From an uncultured Chloroflexia bacterium (lineage in GTDB: Bacteria > Chloroflexota > Limnocylindria > Limnocylindrales > CSP1-4): DNA of 64,000 bases. A program made the translations under genes and the position numbers. The notes below the pieces were generated by a model. It worked only from the letters and a program-made list of their open reading frames with translations. It had not been told where the DNA came from and did not search any database. Numbering within the stretch: the first letter of the stretch is position 1; each line of letters begins with the position of its first letter. Shown here in pieces: positions 1 through 10,073 of this stretch. The stretch is from positions 96,001 through 160,000 of the forward strand of contig CAWHXD010000017.1 in the NCBI GenBank assembly GCA_963833225.1, read 5' to 3'.

Positions 1-456
1 TGGGCGCTCGAGGCAGGCCGGGTCGCCATGCAGGAACAGCACTGGCGGCGGCAGCTCGATCGCGCGCAGACGGGACGGATAGGCCTCGTCCGCAAGGGTC
101 AGCACCGTCACTCCGGACCGGCGCACGGCGGCGAGCGGTCCTGATGGGTCCGCCGCGGCGGCACGGACAGCGGCGGCCGCCGCCATGCTGAGCGTCGGTG
201 AACCGCCGTCTCCATCGGTCGTCGCCTCCACCACGGGACCCAGCGAGCCAGGCTCCAGGGCGGCTCCCAGGACCGCCTCGGCGCTCCCGAAGGTCGCCAG
301 CAGGCGTCCGAACGAGACAGGCCCCACACCGGCGACACCCGCGAGCACGACCCAGGCGTCGCGCTCGCCCGAAGCGTCGCCTCTCCCGGAGCCAGATCCC
401 CCGCCGGTCTCGGCCCCCGCTCGCCCGAGCGGCCCGCGACGGCCGATCCCCAGCAT
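1..456 (-). CDS. dprA: DNA-processing protein DprA (3' part outside window)
   Basis: Manual translation gives MLGIG...AWVVLAGVAGVGPVSFGRLLATFGSAEAVL...DEAYPSRLRAIELPPPVLFLHGD, typical of DprA. ATG overlaps the comM stop (TGATG). Confidence 0.9.
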   Translation of the reverse strand, partial: MLGIGRRGPLGRAGAETGGGSGSGRGDASGERDAWVVLAGVAGVGPVSFGRLLATFGSAEAVLGAALEPGSLGPVVEATTDGDGGSPTLSMAAAAAVRAAAADPSGPLAAVRRSGVTVLTLADEAYPSRLRAIELPPPVLFLHGDPACLERP

Positions 457-2046
457 CAGCCGGCCTCGGCGATGGAAGGAGCGTCAGCCGGCGACCGGAA
501 CCTCGCCGCCTCGTCGAGGTGCGCGACATCCACGCCATCGCAGGCCTCGAGATCCGCGATCGTGCGCGCGACCCGCAGCAGACGCTCCGTGCCTCGCCCG
601 GACAGGCCCTCGCGCTCGGCGAGCAGGACCGCTCGCGCCTGCTCCCGGGACCCGAGGCGGCACAGGCTGCGGAGCTCGACGACCCCGGATCCGGCCGTTC
701 GGGGCCCCACTCGACCGGGTCCGCTGGCGCCGGCGGGCCGCGGCGATCCGTGCGGCGACCTCGGACGACGCCTCGGGTGCCGGTCCGCGCACCAGCACGG
801 CCGGCGGGACGCGGTCCACGGGCACCCACAGGTCGATCCGGTCGCGCAGGGGCCCGGAGATCCGCCGGCGATACCGCTGGGGCACGCCGGGCGGGCAGGT
901 GCAGGCGCGGTCGGCCGCCCCGTCGTTGCCGCAGGGGCAGGGGTTCATCGCGGCGACGAAGGTGAACCGCGCCGGGAACACGGCCGCCCGCCCGACCCGG
1001 ACCACGGTCACGCTTCCCTCCTCCAGCGGCTGGCGGAGGGCCTCGAGCACGTCCCGGCCGAACTCCGGCAGCTCGTCGCACACGAGCACGCCCTGGTCGG
1101 CGCGGGTGACCTCGCCGGGGGACATCCGGGGGCCGCCTCCGACCATCCCGGCGTACGACACCGTGTGATGTGGCGACCGGACGGGTGGCCGGCGGATGAG
1201 GGCCTCGACCGGCTCGTCGCCGGCCACGGACGCGACGACCGTGGCCGCCAGCGCAGCCTCATCGTCGAGATCCGGCAGCAGGCCTGGGATCGTCCTTGCC
1301 AGCAGCGTCTTCCCCGCCCCGGGCGGCCCGACCAGGAGCATCGCGTGCGAACCGGCGAGCGCGATCTCGAGCGCGCGGCGGGCCATCGCCTGCCCCCGCA
1401 CGTCCGCGAGGTCGACCGCCGGCTGCTGGGCGCTCTCGCCACCCGCCGTGGACGGCGGCCGAGCCTGTTCGCGACCGGGGTCCCACGCCGCGAGGGCATC
1501 CGCCCGGGGCAGCGGGACCGGGGGCGGCCGGCGGGCTCTCGGCGCGCGCACCGCCGCGGCGGCCTCGGCAAGGGAGTCGACGCCCAGGACGACCAGCCCC
1601 GGCACCAGCCTTGCCTCGGCCGCGGCTGCCACCGGCACGACGACCCGTCGCACGCCCGCGGCGACGAACGCGAGGCTCATGGGCAGCACGCCGGGCACGG
1701 GGCGAACCTCGCCACCCAGGCCCAGCTCGCCGATCAGCCCAACCCGGCCGGGCGACGCTCGCAGCTGCTCCGATCCGAGCAGGATGCCAAGGGCGATCGC
1801 GAGGTCCAGCGAGGCGCCGGCCTTGCGCACCTCGGCCGGCGCGAGGTTCACGGTGATCCGCCGCGGCGGGTGGTGGTACCCGGCGTTGCGCAGGGCGCCG
1901 CGCACGCGTTCACGGGCTTCGGACAGCGCGGCATCCGGGAGGCCGACGATCGTGAACCCGGGCAGGCCGGGGGCGACGTCCACCTCGACCCGGACGAGGC
2001 GGCCGGTGATGCCGCTGAGGGTGGCGGAGAGCAGGGTCGCGAGCAC
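456..2046 (-). CDS. comM: ComM/YifB Mg-chelatase-like AAA ATPase (frameshift near 681)
   Basis: Motifs GLPDAALSEARERVR, GPPGAGKT, AAMNPCPCG and ISGPLRDRID. The C-terminus (LSGRGTERLLRVARTIADL) is in the 456..710 frame. Confidence 0.93.
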
Positions 2047-2108
2047 GAGCGAGACGCTACGCCGCGCCGCTCACCTCCGACTTACGCGGGGGCCCCGGAG
2101 CCCGCCCC

Positions 2109-3281
2109 TCAGCGCCCGGTGGTGGGCGCGAGCAGGCCGACCGATTGGCCCGAGCCCTTGTCGATCGCTCGCGCGAAGTCGAGCAGTGACCGGCCCAGCA
2201 CGGAGTCGCCCTTCGAGATCATGAACGGGGCACCGGTGTTGAGCGCCGAGATCGCGCCCCTGTACTCGTTCACCACCTGGAACTCGATCGGCCGCCGCAG
2301 GGCGCCCTCCGCGCTCTTCACGCTGATCCCGGTGTAGGCGTTCGACCGGTTGAGGACCAGCTTGAGCTTGCTCTGCTCATAGCCCAGGTGCCCAATGGTC
2401 TCGAGCAGCAGGCGGACGTTCTTGAGGCACGACAGGTCCGCCGTCATGACGGCGAAGATCGTGTCGGCGACGTCGAGCACCATCAGGTTCCGGTCCTCGA
2501 GCCGCTTGTCGATATCGACCACGACGTAGTCGTACATGCCGGACAGCAGGTCGAGGATCTGGCTCAGGTGCGCGGCGGTCACGAGGTCGGCGGCCTCGGG
2601 TGACGGCGGCGCCAGCAGCAGGTCGATGCCCGAGTCGTGCTTCACCACGATCGACTTCACGAGGTCGGCATCCATGGACGGGGCGCTCACCAGGTCCACG
2701 ACGCTCTTCCGATCCTGACCGAGGTCCAGGAACACCCGGTGGTCGCCAAACTGGAGGTTGCCGTCCACGAGGCAGACGCGGCGGCCGAGACCGTGCAGCG
2801 CGATGGCCGCGTTGATCGCGATGGTCGTCGTGCCCACGCCACCCTTGGCGCCGTAGTAGGCGTGGATGAGGCCCAGGGGTGGCCGGCCGACCAGCGACTC
2901 GCTGGGCGCGAACCGCGCGATCAGGCTCTTCATCCTGGCGATCAGCTCGGCCGGGTGGAACGGCTTGATCAGGTAGTCGTCGGCTCCCGCCCGGAGTGCC
3001 CGGACCTTGCCCTGCACGTCGCGGTCGGCGGTGAGCATGATGATCGGGACGTGTCGGGCGCCACCCTCCTCCGCCCGGATGCGCGTGGCGACCTCGTAGC
3101 CGTCCATCTGCCGCACGGTGACATCGACCAGCACCAGCGAGGGTGCCTCCTGCTGCCAGCGATGGAACCCGTCAGCGCCGTCGGAGGCGACGATGACCTC
3201 GTACCCCTCCTGCTGCAGCGTGAACTGAAGGAGTCGCTGAACGCTGGCGTCGTCATCGACGACGAGGACCTTTCCTGCCAC
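2109..3281 (-). CDS. Response regulator receiver + CpaE/TadZ-like (MinD family) ATPase
   Basis: REC domain (VLVVDDD, LVD, MLTA, IKPF), then GAKGGVGTTT and DGNLQFGD. GTG start follows GGGAGAG. Confidence 0.85.
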   Translation of the reverse strand: MAGKVLVVDDDASVQRLLQFTLQQEGYEVIVASDGADGFHRWQQEAPSLVLVDVTVRQMDGYEVATRIRAEEGGARHVPIIMLTADRDVQGKVRALRAGADDYLIKPFHPAELIARMKSLIARFAPSESLVGRPPLGLIHAYYGAKGGVGTTTIAINAAIALHGLGRRVCLVDGNLQFGDHRVFLDLGQDRKSVVDLVSAPSMDADLVKSIVVKHDSGIDLLLAPPSPEAADLVTAAHLSQILDLLSGMYDYVVVDIDKRLEDRNLMVLDVADTIFAVMTADLSCLKNVRLLLETIGHLGYEQSKLKLVLNRSNAYTGISVKSAEGALRRPIEFQVVNEYRGAISALNTGAPFMISKGDSVLGRSLLDFARAIDKGSGQSVGLLAPTTGR

Positions 3282-3375
3282 ACGCTCTCCCGTCACGGAA
3301 CCACCGCATCCCGGATGGGCCCGGGCTCCCCGCGGAGTCTTGGGTGCAGTATACGGGCGACGGGGCCCGTGTCCG

Positions 3376-4353
3376 CTAGTCGCGGGCCGAGCGGAAGGCC
3401 TCGCGCAGCAGCCCGGTGACCGCCATCTCGTAGCCGTCGGGATCGACGGCGTGGCCCAGCCCGTGGCCGGCACCGGCGATCACCACCTGCCGAGCGCCCT
3501 CCGGCGACGCCTCCGCGAGCCGTCTCGCGTCCCTGGGCCGGACCGTCGCGTCCCGGTCCCCGTGGACGAGGAGCAGGGGCACGTCCTCGAGCAGGCCGAC
3601 GACGCTGACCGGCTGGGTGAGACGCGGATCCCCACCCGCCAGCACGGCCAGGCGGTTCCACGCGTGACCCGCGATCCGGCGACCGAACGGGACGCGGAGC
3701 CGGTTGGCGACGACCGTCGCGAGGTCCGGTGGCACCGAGTCCGCGACGACCGCGACGAGCCGCGGCCTCGGCGCATCGACGTCGGCCGCCGGCGCATCCG
3801 GATCAAGGTCGGCGGCCGTGAGGCGCCCGTCGCCGAGGACGGCGACGGCCGCGATGGCGACGATCCCGCCCATCGACGAGCCGACGAGCGCCACCCGCCG
3901 GATCCCGCGCTCGCCCATCCAGGTGAGCGCCCCGGCGACGTCCTCGACCTCGTTGAGCCCGAACGTCGTCGGCGCCTCGTCGGAACCGCCGTGACCCCGG
4001 AAGTCGAGGCCGAGGACACCCGCCGTCCGCCGCAGGAATGGGCCCAGGTCGACGAGGTCCGTGGTGGCCGAGCCGCTCCAGCCGTGGAGCAGCAGCACGG
4101 CCTCGCGCGGGTCATGGTCCCAGCCCGCGTCCGGCTCGGCCGCGAGCCAGCGGCCGGTCAGCCGCAACCCGTCGCGCGACCGGAGCCGGACGACCTCGCC
4201 ACCGAGTCCGTCGAGCGCGGCGGCCATGCCCGCCTCCTCCGGCGCCCGCCGGGGGGCATCCATCAGCTGGCGGGCGAAGCGGTCGATCACGGGCCCGACC
4301 GCGAGCAGCGCGATGACGGGCGCCGTCGCGACCAGCAGGATCCGCCGGATCAC
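3376..4353 (-). CDS. Alpha/beta hydrolase with N-terminal hydrophobic segment
   Basis: Motifs LLHGW, DFRGHGGS, GSSMGG nucleophile elbow, HGDRD, GAGH. Confidence 0.88.
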   Translation of the reverse strand: MIRRILLVATAPVIALLAVGPVIDRFARQLMDAPRRAPEEAGMAAALDGLGGEVVRLRSRDGLRLTGRWLAAEPDAGWDHDPREAVLLLHGWSGSATTDLVDLGPFLRRTAGVLGLDFRGHGGSDEAPTTFGLNEVEDVAGALTWMGERGIRRVALVGSSMGGIVAIAAVAVLGDGRLTAADLDPDAPAADVDAPRPRLVAVVADSVPPDLATVVANRLRVPFGRRIAGHAWNRLAVLAGGDPRLTQPVSVVGLLEDVPLLLVHGDRDATVRPRDARRLAEASPEGARQVVIAGAGHGLGHAVDPDGYEMAVTGLLREAFRSARD

Positions 4354-5255
4354 CGTGCGGCGGTTTCGCCGGTCGTGGCGGCGGCCATGCCGCGCTCCAC
4401 GTATCCCCCGACCTGGTCGGCGAGGCGCGAGAACTCGGTCGGGATCACGAACTTGGTCGACGGGCTGGCTCCCAGCGCTTTGAGGGCCTCGAGGTACTGG
4501 AGGGCCATGGTCTTCTCATCGATCAGCCGCGCCGCCGAGAAGATCCGCTCCAGCGCCTGGCTGAATCCCTCCGCCCGGAGGATCGCCGCCTGGCGCTCGC
4601 CCTCGGCCTTGAGGATCTCGGACTGCTTCTGGCCCTCGGCCACGTTGATGGCCGCCTGCCGGTTGCCCTCGGACTCGGTGATCACGGCGCGCCGCGTCCG
4701 CTCGGCGGACAGCTGCCGGTTCATCGCGTCCTGGACGTCCCGCGGGGGGGTGATCTCGCGGATCTCGACCGTGGTCACCTTGCCGCCCCAGCGCTCGGTG
4801 ATCTCGTCGAGCTTGACCCGCAGGACCTCGTTGATCTGTTCCCGCTTGGACAGCACCTCGTCGAGGCTGATGTCGCCGATGACGGCGCGCAGCGTGGTCG
4901 AGGCGACCCCGAGGAGCATCGCGTCGAGGCGCTGCGGCGCGAGGACGCTCTTGAGCGGATCCGCGATGCGCCAGTAGACCAGGAAGTCGACGTTGATCGG
5001 CGCGTTGTCCTTGGTGATGGTGGTCTGGCTGGGCACCTCGGTGAGGGTCTCGCGAAGGTCGACCTTGACGGGCCGGTCCACGACCGGCACCAGGAACCGG
5101 AGCCCGGGGTCACGGACCATCTGCTCGTTGGTCCGGCCCAGCCGGAACACGACCATCCGCTCGTACTGCTGGACCACCCGGACCGAGAGGTACAGGAGCA
5201 CCAGCGCCACGACGGCGAGGAACACGACTGTGGCGAGCACGATCGCCGCTTCCAT
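4350..5255 (-). CDS. SPFH/stomatin-like protein (QmcA type)
   Basis: N-terminal TM, ITKDNAPINVD, AERTRRA, AEGERQA repeats. Confidence 0.9.
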   Translation of the reverse strand: MEAAIVLATVVFLAVVALVLLYLSVRVVQQYERMVVFRLGRTNEQMVRDPGLRFLVPVVDRPVKVDLRETLTEVPSQTTITKDNAPINVDFLVYWRIADPLKSVLAPQRLDAMLLGVASTTLRAVIGDISLDEVLSKREQINEVLRVKLDEITERWGGKVTTVEIREITPPRDVQDAMNRQLSAERTRRAVITESEGNRQAAINVAEGQKQSEILKAEGERQAAILRAEGFSQALERIFSAARLIDEKTMALQYLEALKALGASPSTKFVIPTEFSRLADQVGGYVERGMAAATTGETAAR

Positions 5256-5271
5256 AGGAGATCCTCCGGGT

Positions 5272-6678
5272 TCAGGGTCGCTCGGCGGCCGGGGTGGCCG
5301 CCGACGGATTGCTGGTCGGTGGGTGTCTGGCGGCGTCGTCCTCGACGGGCTCCACGAGGGCCGTCAGCCCATCGAACCCCACCAGGCGGATGATGGCGTC
5401 ACGCGGGACGATGCGCTCGTCCGGGGTGCGCGCGGTCCACGTCTCGCCGGCGAGGTGGACGGTGCCGACGGGCGCCAGCGGGGCCTGGACCACGCCGGCG
5501 ACCCCGGGGGCGACCGGCCGGCCGAGCTGGTCGGTTGGCCCGCGCATCCTGCGGGTCCGGATGGCCGCGATGGTGACGATCGCCATCAGCCCGCCGAGGG
5601 TCACGGTGCTGAGCACGAGCAGCACGGGCGCGACGGCGACCACGGGCTGTCCCGGTGAGAGCGGAGCGGTGTACAGCGCCGACCCGCCAAGGACGAAGCA
5701 GACGAGACCCCCGGCCGTCAGCAGGCCGTGACTCACGATCTGCGTCTCGAGCACGAACAGCACGAAGCCAAACCCCAGGAGGATGAGCCCGGCCAGGTTG
5801 AGCGGCAGGCTCCCGAACCCGACGAACGCGAGGATCAGGGCGAGCGTGCCCAGGACACCCGTCAGCATGTTCGGGCTGATCAGCTCGGTCGCCAGGCCCA
5901 GCGCCCCGAGGACGAACAGGAGGAAGGCGATGTTCGGATCGGACAGCAGGTGCAGGAACCCGAGCACCGGGTTCATCGACCCGTCCTCGACGGTTGCGCC
6001 GGCGAGGTGGAGGATCACGCCATCCGCGCCGCTCACGGACACTGTCCGGCCGTCCGCATCGCGGAGCACGTCATCGAGGGTCGCCGCAAGGCCATCCACG
6101 GCTCCCACGTCGACCGCCTCGCTGGCCGTGTACGACCTGGCGTCCCGCACCGTCGACACCGCCCAGGCGACCGGCCGGCCGCGGGCCTCCGCCAGCGCCG
6201 CGATCGAGGCGATCGCGTCCTCCCTGACCTTGATCCCCATCGTGCCCTGGATGTCCTCGCCCGAGGAGCCCACGGGTGCGGCGGCACCGATGTTGGTCGC
6301 GGGCGCCATGTAGGCGAGGTTGGCGGCGAGCGTGATGAACGTGCCCGCGCTGGCCGCGCGCGCGCCGGACGGCGCCACCCACGCGATGACCGGGACCGGC
6401 GCCGCGAGGAATGCCTGCTTGATCTCGTCCATGGCGGCCAGGCTGCCACCCGGCGTGTCCAGCTTGACCACCACGGCCGACACCCCGCTCGCCGCGGCGC
6501 CCGCGATCCCCTCCCGGAGGTACCCGGCCATGGCGCCGTCCACGACGCCGGTCGCGTTGAGCACCAGCACCCGTGGCCCCCCGTCAGCGCGCGCCACGCC
6601 CGCGAGCGACAGCAGCAGCAGGCCCAAAAGGACGGCGAGGCGGGCGACCCGGTGGTGGACGTGCGGCTGACCGGTCAT
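5272..6678 (-). CDS. nfeD: Long NfeD membrane-bound serine protease (ClpP class)
   Basis: LDTPGG, ARAASAG, TNIGAAAPV, a TM bundle and a C-terminal OB fold (GETWTART). Adjacent to the SPFH gene. Confidence 0.9.
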   Translation of the reverse strand: MTGQPHVHHRVARLAVLLGLLLLSLAGVARADGGPRVLVLNATGVVDGAMAGYLREGIAGAAASGVSAVVVKLDTPGGSLAAMDEIKQAFLAAPVPVIAWVAPSGARAASAGTFITLAANLAYMAPATNIGAAAPVGSSGEDIQGTMGIKVREDAIASIAALAEARGRPVAWAVSTVRDARSYTASEAVDVGAVDGLAATLDDVLRDADGRTVSVSGADGVILHLAGATVEDGSMNPVLGFLHLLSDPNIAFLLFVLGALGLATELISPNMLTGVLGTLALILAFVGFGSLPLNLAGLILLGFGFVLFVLETQIVSHGLLTAGGLVCFVLGGSALYTAPLSPGQPVVAVAPVLLVLSTVTLGGLMAIVTIAAIRTRRMRGPTDQLGRPVAPGVAGVVQAPLAPVGTVHLAGETWTARTPDERIVPRDAIIRLVGFDGLTALVEPVEDDAARHPPTSNPSAATPAAERP

Positions 6679-6745
6679 GGCATTGGCACGCAGTATCTCA
6701 CCGCCTCACCCGCAGGTCCCGTGCCGCATCGCCCGACCGCGAGGG

Positions 6746-7324
6746 TCACCCGGCCAGCGCGTCGAAGGCGAGCCGGCTCCACGTCTCCATCTGCTCGCGG
6801 ACCGCCATCACCGACGGCGTCGTGGCGAACGACCCTTCGAGCTTGTCGGTCTCGCGGATCGAGACCGGCCGCCCGCCGGCGTCCGCCACGTAGACGAAGC
6901 CCACATGGACCGCGCCAACCGGCGTGGAGTCGTCGTTGAGGAGCCCGACCGGCGAGTAGTCCGGCTCGAAGTCCGCGATCAGCTCCTCGGCCCACTCGCG
7001 CGCCAGGCCGCCGGGCACGTCACCGTCGCCCGGGTTGAGGTGCCCGCCCACGCCGATCGACCATCGATCGTGAAGCCGGGCATCGCCGCCGGCACGGGTC
7101 CGGCGCATGAGGAACCAGCGCTCGCCGTCACGGAGGACGAGATACGGGATGACCTGCTTGAGGGCGGGGTCATCTTCTGCGTCGGCGCGGCGCACGAAGA
7201 ACCCGTCCCGGGCGACGATGTCGAGCGCGTCGCCCAGATCCCCGGGTCGAACGCCAAGCCAGCCCTCCCCGGGCACCAGCGCCGCTCGCGGGACAACCAG
7301 GACCTGCTCGTCCGGGTCACCCAT
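6746..7324 (-). CDS. NUDIX-family phosphoesterase (YmaB/COG4112-like)
   Basis: EQVLVVPR, AEDDPALKQVIPY, SIGVGGH, REWAEE, METWS. ATG overlaps the upstream stop. Confidence 0.85.
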   Translation of the reverse strand: MGDPDEQVLVVPRAALVPGEGWLGVRPGDLGDALDIVARDGFFVRRADAEDDPALKQVIPYLVLRDGERWFLMRRTRAGGDARLHDRWSIGVGGHLNPGDGDVPGGLAREWAEELIADFEPDYSPVGLLNDDSTPVGAVHVGFVYVADAGGRPVSIRETDKLEGSFATTPSVMAVREQMETWSRLAFDALAG

Positions 7325-8196
7325 CAGCCGCCGCCCTCCAGGCGAGCCTTCACGGCCGCGAGGCGAGCTGCCATGGCGGCCTCGTCCGGGCCGTCCGGCG
7401 CCTCGAGCAGCGCGATCCACTCGTCGACGCGGGCCCGGTGGCGCCGCAGCACCTCGATGATCGCCGCAGCGTTGGTGGCGGCGATCTCCGCCCCCATCGT
7501 CGGCTCGCCCCTGGCCAGCCGGGTGATATCGCGCCAGCCCGACGCCGAGAGCGCCGCGGCGGCCGGCCACTGGGCCTCGGGGGTGCCGGGCGACCCAGTG
7601 ACGGCCTCGGCAAGCGCCACCGACGCCAGCAGCGGGGCGTGGCTGATCGCGGCCACGAGCCGATCGTGGCGTTCGGCGTCGAGGTCGATCGGGACAGCGC
7701 GACAGGCCAGGGCCAGGGCTCGCACGACCTCCGGATCTCCGCCCCCGACGGCCTCGGTGATCACCCACGGCCGGCCCGCGAACAGGGCATCGTCCGCCTC
7801 CTGGAACCCGCTCGTCTCGCGGCCCGCCATCGGGTGCCCGCCGACATACGGGATCCCGAGATCCCGTGCGGCCCGGGTCAGTTCCGCCTTGGTCGACGCC
7901 ACATCGGTCACGGTCGCGCCGGCCGGCAGCCTGTCGCGGAGATCGCCGCCGAGGCGCGCGATCAGGGCCAGGCAGGCGACAGGCGGTGCCGCCAGCACCA
8001 CGAGGTCAGCCCCCTCGATCGCGCTCGCAGCGTCGCCGGCCGCCACGCCGATCACGCCCGCGGCCAGCGCGTTTCGCGGTCCGTTCCCGGATGGCGTCCA
8101 GGCCACGATGTGGGTCCCGGCATGCCCGGCGGCGCCACGCACCGCACGCGCGACCGACCCGCCGATCAGCCCGAGACCCAGGAAGGTGATGCGCAC
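7324..8196 (-). CDS. tyrA: Prephenate/arogenate dehydrogenase
   Basis: GLGLIGGS, TDVASTK, GGHPMAGRETSG, HDRLVAAISHAP, DITRLA. Confidence 0.9.
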   Translation of the reverse strand: MRITFLGLGLIGGSVARAVRGAAGHAGTHIVAWTPSGNGPRNALAAGVIGVAAGDAASAIEGADLVVLAAPPVACLALIARLGGDLRDRLPAGATVTDVASTKAELTRAARDLGIPYVGGHPMAGRETSGFQEADDALFAGRPWVITEAVGGGDPEVVRALALACRAVPIDLDAERHDRLVAAISHAPLLASVALAEAVTGSPGTPEAQWPAAAALSASGWRDITRLARGEPTMGAEIAATNAAAIIEVLRRHRARVDEWIALLEAPDGPDEAAMAARLAAVKARLEGGG

Positions 8197-8261
8197 GCCT
8201 CGATTATGGGCGAGCGAGCGGGTACCGCGCCGCTCCGTGCGGCTCGGCACGCATCACCAGG

Positions 8262-8528
8262 CTAGCGCGCGGACCAGCCGCGGCCGTCGCCGCTCCGCCG
8301 GCGGTCGGTCCGGCGGTCGCCCCGCCGCCGCTCGGCGAGGTGTGCCGGGGGACCCGGATCGCCGGGCGGGTTGACGCGGCGGCTCGCCTGGCGACGGTCG
8401 ACCTCCCGCCGCTCGCGGTCCATCGGGGCACCGCATCGCGGGCACCGCCGCTCCTCCAGGAACAGCGAGTCGATGGCGGCGGCGGTGTAGACCTGGCGCC
8501 CGCAGGCGCGACAGGCGAGCTTCGGCAA
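8262..8528 (-). CDS. Small zinc-ribbon protein with Arg-rich ERR/DRR repeats
   Basis: CRAC and CPRC pairs, then ERREVDRR and ERRRGDRRTDRRR. TTG start after GGGGAGGAG. Fills the trpB2-tyrA gap. Confidence 0.75.
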   Translation of the reverse strand: MPKLACRACGRQVYTAAAIDSLFLEERRCPRCGAPMDRERREVDRRQASRRVNPPGDPGPPAHLAERRRGDRRTDRRRSGDGRGWSAR

Positions 8529-8609
8529 GGCAGCTCCTCCCCGCGTAGCCCGTCTGCAGGCCGGACGGGTCGCGACTCTGCCAAGCGTACGCGACGCCGG
8601 TCGGGCGGG

Positions 8610-9983
8610 TCAGCCGACCTGCGGCAGCTCGGCCAGCGCGGCGCGGACCGCCTCGGCCGGGTACTCGTAGTCCTCGAGCGCACCCTGGAGGTACCGCTCG
8701 TAGCTCGACAGGTCGAAGTGGCCATGGCCGGACAGGTTGAACAGGATCACGCGGGGTTCGCCGCGCTCCTTCGCGTCAAGCGCCTCGTCCACCGCGACCT
8801 TGATCGCGTGGTTGCTCTCGGGCGCCGGCAGGATCCCTTCGGCGCGGGCGAACTGCACGCCGGCCTCGAACGCCGCCCGCTGGTGGACGCTGCGGGCGTC
8901 GATCACACCCTCGTCCTTGAGCAGCGAAACCAGCGGCGACATGCCGTGGTAGCGGAGCCCGCCGGCATGGATGGGCTCCGGGATGAAGCCCGAGCCAAGG
9001 GTGTGCATCTTGACGATCGGGGCCATGTGGCCGGTGTCGCCGAAGTCATAGGCGTAGACACCGCGCGTCAGCGACGGCGCGGCCTCTGGCTCGGCAGCGA
9101 TGACCCGGTAGGTCGCCTCGCCGCGGAGCTTGCGCCCAACGAACGGGAAGGTGAGGCCAGCGAAGTTCGACCCGCCGCCGGCGCAGGCGATGATCACGTC
9201 GGGGTCCTCCCCGGCGAGCGCCATCTGCTCCATCGCCTCAAGGCCGATCACCGTCTGGTGGAGGGCCACGTGGTTCAGCACGGAACCCAGCGAGTACTTC
9301 GTGTCGTCGCGCGTTGCGGCATCCTCGACCGCCTCGCTGATGGCCATGCCCAGGGAGCCCGGTGAATCCGGCGTCATGGCCAAGACCCCGCGGCCGTAGT
9401 TCGTATCCGGGCTGGGGCTGGGCACGACCGACGCTCCGTAGGCGTGCATCAGCATCCGGCGGTACGGCTTCTGGTCGTAGCTCGCCCGCACCATGTACAC
9501 CTTGACCTCGAGGCCGAACACCGCCCCGGCAAAGGCGAGCGCGCTGCCCCACTGGCCCGCGCCCGTCTCGGTCGCCAGGCGCGTGACCCCGGCCTCCTTG
9601 TTGTAGAACGCCTGGGCGAGCGCCGTGTTGGGCTTGTGCGAGCCGGCCGGGCTGACCCCCTCGTACTTGAAGTAGATATGGGCGGGCGTGTCGAGCACCT
9701 GCTCCAGGCGATGGGCCCGGATCAGCGGCGACGGCCGGTACAGCTGGTACGCCTCGCGGACCGGATCCGGGATCTCGACCTCGCGGTCCTGGCTGACCTC
9801 CTGGAGGATGAGCGCCATCGGGAACAGCGGCTCCAGGTCCGCCGGCCCAAGCGGCTGGCCGGTACCGGGGTGAAGCGGCGGCGGCAGGGGAACCGGCAAG
9901 TCGGCCGCGATGTTGTACCAGGCCCGCGGGATCCGATCCTCGTCGAGCACGAACTTGGTGCGGCGGGGAAGGGCGGTGGCCAT
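8610..9983 (-). CDS. trpB2: TrpB2 (tryptophan synthase beta-like PLP enzyme)
   Basis: [48 protein letters not shown]. Confidence 0.95.
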   Translation of the reverse strand: MATALPRRTKFVLDEDRIPRAWYNIAADLPVPLPPPLHPGTGQPLGPADLEPLFPMALILQEVSQDREVEIPDPVREAYQLYRPSPLIRAHRLEQVLDTPAHIYFKYEGVSPAGSHKPNTALAQAFYNKEAGVTRLATETGAGQWGSALAFAGAVFGLEVKVYMVRASYDQKPYRRMLMHAYGASVVPSPSPDTNYGRGVLAMTPDSPGSLGMAISEAVEDAATRDDTKYSLGSVLNHVALHQTVIGLEAMEQMALAGEDPDVIIACAGGGSNFAGLTFPFVGRKLRGEATYRVIAAEPEAAPSLTRGVYAYDFGDTGHMAPIVKMHTLGSGFIPEPIHAGGLRYHGMSPLVSLLKDEGVIDARSVHQRAAFEAGVQFARAEGILPAPESNHAIKVAVDEALDAKERGEPRVILFNLSGHGHFDLSSYERYLQGALEDYEYPAEAVRAALAELPQVG

Positions 9984-10073
9984 GGCGGTGCGGACCTCCT
10001 GGACGGATGGGTGAGCGGGCACGGAGAGCGTAGCGGGTCGCCGTCGCCCGAAGCAAACACTGTCCACGCCGGT

